The notes below the pieces were generated by a model, which saw only the letters and a program-made list of their open reading frames with translations, searched no databases and was not told the DNA's origin. Both the position numbers and the translations under genes were made by a program. Positions 36,028 to 47,600 of a stretch of 64,000 bases of DNA are shown here, piece by piece (position 1 is the first letter of the stretch; each line of letters starts with the position of its first letter). Source of the stretch: Auanema rhodensis (taxonomy: Eukaryota > Animalia > Nematoda); NCBI GenBank assembly GCA_964057225.1, contig OZ059897.1, positions 8,556,001 to 8,620,000 of the forward strand, written 5' to 3'.

Positions 36028-38299
36028 TTTACCCTCTGAACATTGAAAAATTAATATAAATGTTTAAAAAAAAGACTCCAGTCTTTTTAACAAAGAAAAA
36101 CACGAATAACTTGGTTTGAGAAGTACAACGACTTATATAAAACACTCAATTCATAACTAATAATATCTGAAGATTTAAAGATACACAAAAAAATCCCAAA
36201 ATATTAGAAAATTTATATATGTTGAATAGAAAACAAAGTAGGAAACTCCACAGAAGAAAAATACCGAATTTCACATTTCGCTGCTGGAGTAGATATTGAC
36301 TGAGTATTTGATGTAGACAAGAGGTGTCATTAGAGCGCGCTTCAGGCCAACTATTTTTAAACATCACAGTTTTGGGTTGACGGCGTGCATTTCGATAATA
36401 TGGCCAAAATTTGCAGGTGAATCATGTCACCAAGTTCTTTGTCTGTGACACAAATGATAGATTAACTTTCGTTATTATTTCTTCTTGGTTTTAAAAATTT
36501 TCGCTTTTCAAGAAACAGCTAAATAGAAAATTGCTTCAAAAAAATAAAATAGTAGGGATATATTCCATTATGTCATATTTTCTGAAATTCAAAAAAAAAT
36601 GTATTAACCCGTTTCAATAAGTATGTATAAGTCTCGGAGGATTACTGTTAGTTGAAGTCTTCGGTTACTGTCCAGCAACTGTTTAGTTAGCAGGACGCGT
36701 TATACGGTAATGGTGCACTAGACATATGGTAGAATGAGCAATAAGTATCGTTTCCGTCGTCTTTAAATACAGCTTTTCCGGCAATTGCTAAAGTTCAGAT
36801 GTTGCCAATGTTTATCTTATTTTTTTCTTTTAATTAAATGTTTCATATTTCTGTCTCATGTGTATTGGTTCTAGGGAGAAATATATTTATTTGAAAAAAA
36901 TTAATTCCGTTTGTGATTCTCCTGATGTAATCAGGAAAATTCTTATATTTAGTTGTTGGCTTTGAAAATTAAATGATTAGCTGCATGGTACAAATGATGT
37001 ATATGAGAGGCCAAAGTATTTTATCTATATTTGTGTGGAAAAAAAATCGTTTAATTTCCTTCGAATATGGAACGATCGCCGGATGTATTGTACTCTGTAA
37101 TCCAATATGCTATTACAAAACATCAAAAATGTAAGAAGCGATAAGATAAGATGAAGTTGTAATTAGCTTTTCTCTTTTCACTCTTTTATAATATCTTCTT
37201 TTTTAGTGATACTAATTTTTTAAATTTAGTTGTTATACCTAAATACTAATACAATAAGCTAATTTTGGGCATAAACCTAATTTTCGTATAATTTCTTCCT
37301 TTCATTGATAGGCTTCTATAATTTCATCTGTTATCTCTTGAACGTTTCATTGATGCTACTATTTCTCATTATGCATCATAAAAAAAGTATAAGATAGAAG
37401 ACAAGAACAATGATATATTTTTGACCATTCCTAACGAAGTTTCTGAGAAAGAAAATTTATTTGAAACAATCTTGTTCAAATTCACTACTAATATTAGTTG
37501 ACAAATGAAATGTCTTCATTATTCGCGCAGCAAAACAATATAAATTTTTATATGTTTAGACCATTTATGGAACATTACATCTTCTATCCAGGATAATTGC
37601 TCTTACCAGGTGACCTAAGCAGTTCTTACAAAACAAAGAATGTGATATGACCCCTTTTTTCTTTAACAACAGTTACTTGTGGCATCCATCTGCTACTATA
37701 CTTTCAATGTTGCTCATATGTCGGTATAATCTGAGTACTTTAAAACGGCCAATATATAACACACAGTTCGAAAACTAAAAAACATAATTGCAAGAGCAAT
37801 TTGATTTCCGCTTTGAATCTTAGTCTTTTCCCAATTCTTATCAGAAAGAACAAGTCACCAAATAGATTCTGCTAGTAGTTTCCGCCTATATAACTAAATA
37901 TAAGAAACATTTGTCAATAACAACCCTGGTCAACGATATCTAAAAACTGTTCTCACTGTTATTCACAACTTATCTATCAAGATCTATAGGTAAGTAAATA
38001 ATCATCGCGTAACACGTGCTTGGTGTATCTGACCTCTTAGCAACGTTTGGATAATTTTTTTTGATTTTCGCGCTCAATGACCTAAGTAAGCCCTTACCGC
38101 AAAACAACCTATTGTTCAAAAGGCATATGCCATTTTTATTCCTCTTCCCTATCTTTCTTATTCATTCAAGCCTTTCCCTAGGACACAGTCGGTTCTGCTG
38201 TATTTTTACGTTTGCTTACACTCATTTTCCCCTCCTTTCAGCAACATTATGGTTGATTTTTATTCCAACTTTTTCTCGAATGTGGCTGTTGCTTATTGT

Positions 38300-39330
38300 T
38301 TTTGTTGACCCAAGTGCGCGATTTCGTAGCGCGTTTGCTTTTGCGCGAAGACATCGTTTCCTGAAACACGTCAAAATGCGATTATTGGTTTCATCGTTTG
38401 AAGAAAGTTAGTTTGTCTTTCTGGCCTGGTCAATCTCAGAATTTATTCTGGTTGACCCTAAATAGTGCCAGTTTCCAATAGAGATTTTATATTAACTCAA
38501 GAAATTTGTTTGCAAAATGGGATCTTTAACGCCTCGCGCTCTACCGAATTAATGGTCACTCACGATGTTAACACTAGCGTGCGACGATGGTCGCCGCGAT
38601 TTTTCCTTTTCGGGGCGTTGCTGTCCTGTTTTAGAGCTGTCGCTGCCAAAGTCTGGGCGCATATAATGATATGAATCCCTTTTTTTATCTCTAATCTTGC
38701 TTCTGCTTCTTTATAAAGGTTATTTTTCAAATTTTCATTGCTAAGGAGACGCGGAGCTAGAGAGCAGACAGACGAGAGTAGAGGCAAGAGATACAGAGTA
38801 ATCCAATGGCTCCGCCTCCCAAGCGCCCCGAATGGGGGGAGCGTCGACCTCCCACTTTTACTCCATCATAAGCTTCATTTACTATATAGTATGGTTGTAG
38901 CATGTTGTATATCCTTGAGTCAACTATGTCTTGTCTTTCTAATCTCTCACCGCAAGCAGTGCACGTTTTTTCCCGAAAAAACGCGCCCGCGGGCTGCCTG
39001 CGAGGCTGTTGTTTTAGAAAATTTTAGGCCCAAATTGACTTGGAAAATGAAATTTTTTTGAAATCTCAATTCTACTATTTTTTAAGTTGTTTTTAATTAT
39101 TTAATGTTTTTTTTTCATAAAAATTCGTATATTTGACAAAATCGTTCGAATTTCGCGCGCGCAAATAAATCGTTGGCCGTTTGCCAAGTGGCTGTTGGAC
39201 GCCCGCCAGGCGCGTTGATGTTCTGCGTACTCTCTCTTTCTCAGAATGTTTGGGTCTTCGCGCTCTTACAGTCTCGATATATGGTCATTTGTGTCCTCAC
39301 TTAATTTTTTTATGCCTATCTCGTACTCTC
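38300..39330. promoter_or_regulatory. CpG/CGCG-rich promoter region upstream of the acidic-protein gene
   Basis: Many CGCG motifs (e.g. TTTCGCGCGCGCAAA near 39151), CCAAT, CTCCGCCTCCC and GAGA/GCAGAC motifs in otherwise AT-rich DNA. Confidence 0.55.
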
Positions 39331-39379
39331 GCTCATTCATCAAACTTTTTTATAACTAAGTTGTGCATTTTTCAGAATC

Positions 39380-40312
39380 ATGAGCGCTGTCGAAGAGAGA
39401 ACCGCTGAGAAGAGACATCTCGACAAAGATGATGAAAATGAAGTTGCTGCTAAAGAGCCAAGGCTGGACAACGGAAAAACTGAGGTTGGTTTTATTTTAT
39501 TTTGGTCAATGGTTAGACTTTGTGTCGCACCCTTTCCAAAATCGGAAATCGATAGCACTAATGGATTTTTTCTTTCAGGAGGAGCTCGTCAAGGAAAAGC
39601 CCGTGAAAGGTAAATCTGCTGGCCTAGTAAAATTTGTGACATCTATACCTTCTCAAAGTGATTGTGTGATGGGCTTGAGTCCTGGGTTCTTTACGTGGTT
39701 ATGTGCATTATGCAGTAGGGTCGATGGGGGGAAGGGGGTTGGCAGCCGCCCGGCGGAGTGAGAGAGTACGCGACTGAGGGAGCTTGCAGACTGGGCTGCA
39801 AGACCCAGAGAAAAAGGGGAAATGTGATGGACGTAGGTTCTTTGACAAAATGGACGCCGCGATAACGAGAGGGAGAGAGGGGGGTGGTGAAGCGAGCGTA
39901 GCGCTCCCTCAGCATAGCCAGCTAGTGACAAAAAGCGCCTCATTGATCGCTCATCGATTTGAGAAAGCGTATAATGAGGCTTATGTTGGTTGCTAAAACG
40001 AGTGATTGACATACATGAGCATAGAGGATTGAGAAGAAATAGGAATACGTTCGAGAATTTGAGTGAACTCGGAAGTTTTCAGAAGCTGAAGAGGAAGATG
40101 CTGAGGGCGAAGAGGAAGACGACGACGAAGATGTTGACGATGAAGATGTAAATGACGAATCTTCTGAAGGAGAAGGAGAAGGATCTGACGGTAATTTATA
40201 GAAATTTCCATAGCTCTCACAAGCCTAATTTACAGGTGAAGGAGATGATGACGGTGCAGACTCTGGTGAAGATGAGGGTGACGATGCTGAAGGAGGAGAA
40301 GAGAGTGACTGA
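39380..40312 (+). CDS. Small highly acidic disordered protein (prothymosin/parathymosin-like), 106 aa
   Basis: Exons 39380-39484, 39579-39609, 40083-40190, 40236-40312 are in frame. KR..KEPR NLS-like N-terminus followed by a D/E/G tract. TTTTCAG just before the ATG. Confidence 0.85.
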
Positions 40313-40619
40313 GCCTTATCCGGATCAACGGCTAATGCCCGGTTTAACCTAACAATCTCTGTTCCCCAACCACTGTGGTTCATATCTCTATCCACTAGTG
40401 GTCTTGTTTGACTCTCATCGTTATTTCACTGTGTATTGTTATTTTCCCTGATTCGCCAATGGCACCCTCAATAAATTATGTTTAACATTGTTTAAAGTTA
40501 CCCTAATTCGACTATATACTATGTACTGACGCTGTTTGTATTTCTTTGAATAAAATAGTGCAAGCAAATTCATCTTTTTCTTGTTTTTTTAATATTTTGA
40601 TATGAGTTTGATCTCTTGT

Positions 40620-41710
40620 CTTAGATGTTTTTTATTCAAGATTAGATCAATAGTCGGACCATATCAAAGACCTTGCGTATATGATGGAATTAGGCGCTTC
40701 CAACTGGCATGGTTTGACCAGGTGTTATATCCTGGATTACACAGATGTGATCCGCTGAGTGATGGATGGCAAAATATTGCTAGTGAAGAGCATCAGTCCC
40801 TTGTATAGAAGTATAAATGCGTTATGTTTAATTGTTGACAAGAAAACAGATCATGATGATGAATATCTGACAAAGCTTGTTTCTCGATAGCAAGCTTCGC
40901 AGTCTGTTACGTAATCGCATTTGGTTAGAAGCCCAGGTTGAATATTTCTTCGTAATTGACATTTTCAAGGCCAAGCCGTTTACAAACTTTATCTGTGCAT
41001 GAAGCTTTAGGACAAAAATTTAGGCAATGAAGGTGATTCTGTTGTTTTCCTCTTTTCTCTCATTGCCTTTCAATCTTTACCCGACGGGTCTTGGCATTAA
41101 GCATGGCAGAGAAGACTCATAAGATCGTGTTTTTCTAATTTTGGAATTCTCTACGTCATCAAGGTAAGGTGTATGAAGAAGTGAGAGCTGTGTTTCTAAT
41201 TTGTATTTCTTTATTAATTTCTAATTTATTGCGATAAAAACAATTAAACGAAGGAAATATAAATTGACTCGTTTTCTTTGTGTTACTTTCAATCTGACCA
41301 TCAAGTCACTGATGAGATATTCTCGATAACACAGCAAACTTTGTGTCTTTCAGTTATCGTGAGGATATACGTGCTTAAACTAGACTTAAGTGCTATCGAC
41401 TATGACACCTGCTGGTTGCTTTTTAGGAAATTGGCCATCTGCCGAGCAGTCCTTGTCGATCTATTCTCATGCTGCGTTGCTAAGTCGTTTGAGTTGGCAT
41501 CCCACAAAAGCCTATGGATCTCCGTCTTCTTCTCTACTTTCGTTCAACAGCCTGGTGCTCTCTCATCTTTTGCCGATATTTCTCTTCCGTTTCATCCTCT
41601 TCTCGTCTTTCTCTTTCTTCTGCTTCCTTGCTTGCTTTCTTCATGCTCTACTATGAGCCACCCTACTCTTCTGGTTCTGGATTGAAGACGGGAATATATT
41701 CGAAGTGAAT
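40620..41710 (-). pseudogene. Decayed intronless coding-like island
   Basis: Elevated GC; charged segments (MKKASKEAEERERREEDETEEKYRQKMREHQ, EIHRLLWDANSNDL) interrupted by stops and frameshifts. Confidence 0.25.
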
Positions 41711-44664
41711 AGAAGATAATTTCTGTTAAACTTGGATTTTGCGAGTAGCAACAAGAAAATCTTAAGACATCTAGATAATATAGAAAAGCATATGTTGTTG
41801 AAGGTCAGTTCAATAAAAGTTCGTCAGCGACAGTTGATGCACAATGTGGTTAAGAGTTGAGGTCCTTTTTTAATGAATCAAACTAACAGAACAGATGTGA
41901 AAATGTTAAAGTCGGGTGAATGACATCCACAAATTCAAAAACTTCTATTGTCTCATATTTAATATAATAAGTCATGTTCGAGTTAAAAAACAAGTAAAAA
42001 GTATTACAACTTTGAAAATTTGTGAAATTATGCATTTGTATGTCCAATGCTCAGACATTTTAGTAGTATCCCTGTTTGCCATATGTCATGAAAATCATGA
42101 TATGACAAGATGGAACAGAAATAGGCAAATGGAATAGCGCTCAGATTCTCGTCACACATTCCATCTTCTTTTACTTCACATTGAAGACACAGGACCATGT
42201 CATGAGACACAAAAAGATATGTATATACATGACTACTGATTGCCATTGTGATGAGTGGTTATGGTTCAAAACTGAACTGGTTGATTACATTTCTTTAATT
42301 AAACTATCAATTGAAAGTGATCACTTCTTGGTTTTAATCTTTTATATACATTATACATAGATATTATGCAAAGAGCAGAGAAAACATCTAATACATACAA
42401 GAAATGAGATATGAGATATGAGCACATATTCGTTATATATATCATGTATATCTGAGAGATAGAAAGCAAGAGGTAGAGTGATTGATTGAAAGAGTGGGAA
42501 AGGGAGGGGTTTGGGAAGCACAACCGTTCACTAGGTCTAAAAAGCAGAAAAATTTAGAATTTAATGAAAACCTCAGTAACCACGTGTACACGTGGTCGTC
42601 TATGCTAATGAGTCGCAGCGCAACACTGTCCTTTGTTTGTGATTTGAGCAAACTATAGAGTTCAAAATATAATATTGTCTTTTACCCCTTGTATATTCCA
42701 CTCTTTCTATGCTAACGCTCAACCCAGCAGGATCATAAATTCATTTTTCAGAAATATTTCATGAAAAATCATCTATATTTGGGATTAGATAGCTATTTGG
42801 AAATAAAGTCTTTTTTTTCATGTACATTCCAGTTTTTTTTCCACTGTTTGGAGTGATAAAGCTAATAGAAACACTAGCCAGGTAGGGCGATACTAGAAGG
42901 AAATAAAGCTGAAGTCTGACCATTATCAAGTAGCATCTGATGTCGGACTGTAAACGTTCCAATGACGGATTGTTGAAACAAACGGCTGCTTGACAACAAT
43001 TTTTTCAACGCCAAAATGCCAGAGACTAAGGGAGAAACTGGTTGATGTTTCGTGCAAAAAAAAAGAAAGAAACTCTCCTTTTACATCTTTTAGGGGATTT
43101 TTTCAACTTTAAAAGTTGAAATCTAAGATTTCTCCATCTTTTTGTCATGTTTCTCAACCTGGTCATCATTCATATTGCTTTATTGTTTGTCTGTAGAAAA
43201 GTTTCACGCCAGTGTTCAATGATTTTAATCTACATCGTAAAAATAAGACAACTTACCTTTTTTGTCGAAAAATCTCTTAATCTTCGAAACCCATGGCTTT
43301 GTTTAGTCATGAAAAAATACCCTCAAAACTCTTGTTTCAAAAAGTTGTGACAAAATATAATTTATGGACGAACATGCTATACAAGAAATTCTTGTCTCAA
43401 GTTTAAATGCAGCATCTTCAACATCGCAACATCTAAATTCTACATATGTATGTGTATATAGATGTAGTTTCGTTTGTTTGAAAATATAAAGGCTTGACCA
43501 GTTTTGTAAAGTTTGCATCTTCAATTGAGGATGGTGATTTATCTTCCAGCTAGAACTCTGCTACCGCGTACATCATGCTTCTTCTCAATGGAATAACAAC
43601 AATCACAAGAAATCCAGAACAAACTTTTGGGTTGAGGCACAAATCCTATTTTTTAACTATAGCATCAATTTAAAAACGATTTTTCAGAAGTTTTAAAACA
43701 AAGTTTAGATGAGAACTGTTTTAATTTTTGAATACGTCTATCTTTTCCTGTAACAGGTGAGCGATGACAAGCCTACATCATCGATAATGCCACCAAAGGT
43801 GTTACGCAATCGGGTTTGCATGAAAAAATCCTGCTAGATGATCGAAAACGATTATCGAGGGCATGCTAGAAGTGTTCAAATTACATTTCAGTACTTACAA
43901 TTAGCAATTAGCTTATGCTTTAGAATTACAAGAGTCGCAAAGCTAATCATCAGTTATATTCCACTCAATGATTTATAGATCTTCGTCAAAGAAATTCCAT
44001 TGCGATTATTTGTAAATCAATGACATGAAGCATGTTCTATTGCTTCCAGAACGATTTGTTATTTCCTATTCTGCATTAATCGGAATGATCCATGTCTGAT
44101 TTCTTTCTCCTGCTTGTTATTTAATCACCTTCATATGTTGATTATAATTACAAGGACAATACATATAATATATATATTTATATATATATGTGATATAGTA
44201 TAGCAAGGCCATTGACGAGCAGTGTTAGAAGTGGATCGGTCTCCGTGTATTACGCAAGAACAGCAAGCTTGATCTTCTTCTTTGTATAGAATATAGAGAA
44301 AGAGAAGAGACTCGTTCAGCTCTCGTGCCACCACCCTGCCCTCCCAATCTGCTTCACACTCTGCTAAACCGTCTTCTCTGTCATGTCTGCAGTCTCATGA
44401 TATTGCATTCTCTTAGATGATCATTGCCTGGGGGGCGGCGCCCCTAGGACTGTATGGTGGCTTCGAATCAGCAGCATCAACCCATACAAGAGCAGACCGA
44501 GATTCAGCTATAACGCCGTGGTTGTGACGAGACCACCGTTAAGTGTAGAAATTATATTCTATTCACCTTTTGGCTTCTAGCCCCACCTACCATCAGATTC
44601 CAAATTTGGCATTTAAAGCGCTTGCGACGGCATATTCTCTCAGACCATAACACTAATACCATCG

Positions 44665-47600
44665 ATGAGGAATTTCTTCCTTATATTCCTTCTCCTATCT
44701 ACAGGTAAATTCTCTTACTTATTCGCCTAATATTTCTAAACTGTCATTTGTTGAGTTATTCAATCGTTCATTTGGTTTATGTTCTCATGTTCATTCTCTG
44801 GTTTATTCTATTGATATAGCAATATTTCATATTTCTTTGATCAGAATCAAATCTTGAATGAATTCATCATCATCATAAGCGTATCATAATAAGGTTGAAG
44901 CTATCCTTCTCTACAGTTCTGTTTGCATCAAATTCAATGTTGTTTCTTCATGCTATTGAACTCATGAAAATATGAGGGGGATAAACCTAAGCTGATCGCT
45001 AGTAAATCTAAAGAAAAGCCATTCTACCGTTCCGCTCCAAATACATTCGTTCAAATCTCAGTTCAACTATCTGTAATGCTGAGTGGACAACAACTATTTT
45101 ACTGAAAAGCTGGTTGAATTGCAGATGAATTTCTGTTAACTTTTGAACGTAAGCTTTTGAGTCAGTTGTATCTCAATTCAATTTTCCTGTTTTGTTATTA
45201 TTATCACAGAAATTTGATATATCAAATAGAAACAGATACAAACACACCAGAAATCTTTCCTAAAGTCGTTAAATGTCTTCTCAACTCTTCTTCATCTTCT
45301 TCTTCGTCTTCTTTCATTTTATTGAATAACTAGTATAAGAAAAACTTTTAGATATATGTACACGTATATACATATATACGATAAATAAAGAAATATATTA
45401 TATAATATAGTAACAATACAAATTAGATCAAGTATTAGACAGGTCTGTCTCTTAAATTCATCATTGTCACCTTCTTTCTCATCATCTTTGTCGTCAGCAT
45501 CAACATCATCATAAGCTGCTTCCTTATAGATGATGTTGCTGCTTTTGAAGTATTTAATGGAGATTGTGTTCAAATTCGTTCTATGCAACCAATCTTTTCG
45601 TTTTCATGTTGACCTGGAGGGATGATAGAATTCCTCAATTTTGAGATTGTCTTCCGTTTTTCAATCATAGTACACGGAAAACAGTCTTTTTCAATTACAG
45701 TTCGTATGGATTTAGAAAACGCTAACTGACGTATTTCTTTGACACTCTCAGCCGCTTTCATTTATTCTTTTCCGGTAAAAGAAATTGAAAATTGAGGTGA
45801 GGATGTGAAATCGAATTGAGAGGCGTTAGTACAGAAGATGTCCAGCTGTAGGACGATTAGCGAACTACCAAAAAAAAGAGAATAGATCTGAAATAAGAAA
45901 GATGTGATAAAATGAGAGTATAAGATGAAACTTAAGAAAAGTCCTTTCTTTCCATTCCAGTCTCGATTTTTTTTTTCAAATTAAGCATTGTTTAAATCTA
46001 ACTAGCTAATCAAGTATTGTGCTTGTTCATGATATGTTTCACCTGTGATATGATTATGACCTCTTAGATGATTAGATTTGATTTAATACTAATGGGAAAG
46101 TGATCAAATCTGTCGTCACATTGTCTAGATGTTCTGAAGAAACTGAATGATTATGAAACAGGCTCGACAATATGGGCAACTGTCAACGAAAGTTCAAGTA
46201 GTTGTAACCATTTCTCAGGAAACAGCAAAAATCATACTGAGACAATAATTCGTTAGAACAAATACGCTTTTTTTCCGATAAGATTCTGATATTCGAGCCA
46301 AATATGTGAAACGTTATTCCACATTTGCCGTCCTCTCTTCTTTTTCACGAAACACAGTTTTACATCGGCCAACTTTTTGAGTAAATGAATTTTCTTGTAT
46401 GAAAGTGATAGTTTGAACATGATATTCAATTATTCATTCCGTTTCCTGTTTAATATTGTTTGTAATGCAAAAGAAAGAGAGAAAATAATTGAATCTCTTT
46501 TCTCAATTCACTTCTAAAATTTCATTCGAGAAAGGATATAAGGAAATTCTTAGTGTTTCTTAAAGTCACATCTTCTGTCCTGTCAACTTTCCCCTCTCGA
46601 ATTCCTGTATTTCTTTTGAAATAAAGCCAGAAATGCTGGGTTAGAGGACAAGGCGCCTGCTGATGTTGCTTAGACTACTGATGATGTATGTGCAGGATAT
46701 CAATAGCTAGTGAAATCGCGGGACTTTAGGGACAAAAGTTGAGAAGGGAATTAGCCTATCTATGGAAACGATAAGAGAGGTTGAACGATGGGCAGTTTGG
46801 GGTAGGGGTTAGTTGGTTAGGAGAAATCCAAAAACGGGTATTCAGCCGTCCGCTTGGGCTCGTCCCATACGCCGGAGAACGAATCATTATGACAGACACA
46901 CCGGCCAATTGCCGAATATCGAGAAGCAGAAGATATATCTCTCCTTGTTTCAATTTATGCACCTTCATTCCTCTGTTCACATCATATGTGGGGAATTTCG
47001 TGGCGGGAATGTTTCGAAAGTGACGCCGTCACAAAGAGATAAAGTGCTATCATATGAACATATAGCGAACGTCATCATAATTGAAACCAGGTATATATTT
47101 CCATGATAAATCTTCAATCTACACAAATCTGAGTTTGGATTTGAATAATGTCTATATCATGGCGAGAAGTAAACAGTGCACGAGACTTCATGAACGGTTT
47201 AAACACGTTTGTATTCAAACGGGTATTATGATGAGATATCTTTGAGATAAATTCCAATTGAAAGATTGTGCCATATTAATTTATTCATTTTCAAAAATCA
47301 AATAAGTAATATTTTAATGATTTTCCTCTTCAGGAACGTTATTATGTCACGCTCAAGATGATAATGAAGTCAGCAATACTGATATAGATACCGAGATCAG
47401 TAATACAGAAACTGAAGTCATCAATACAGAAAATGATGTCATCCATACAGAAACTGGTAAGTTTGAAAGGACAGTTATGAAGCTGAAAGAATAATAATCT
47501 AGAAGAAAAAACATCGTCTGCGGAAATAGGATCGCCAGCTGCTCGTCAATCAAGCTCTGAACAAAGAGAAGCGGAAGCTGAAGAAGAAAAGGTTCGATAG

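Noticed and set aside
38061-39408. Several 70-116 aa ORFs upstream of the acidic-protein gene
   Set aside because: No homology cues or splice structure; explained by GC-rich promoter DNA with fewer stop codons.
46797-46822. G-rich telomere-like tract GGGGTAGGGGTTAGTTGGTTAGG
   Set aside because: Too short and degenerate for an interstitial telomere array or a template.
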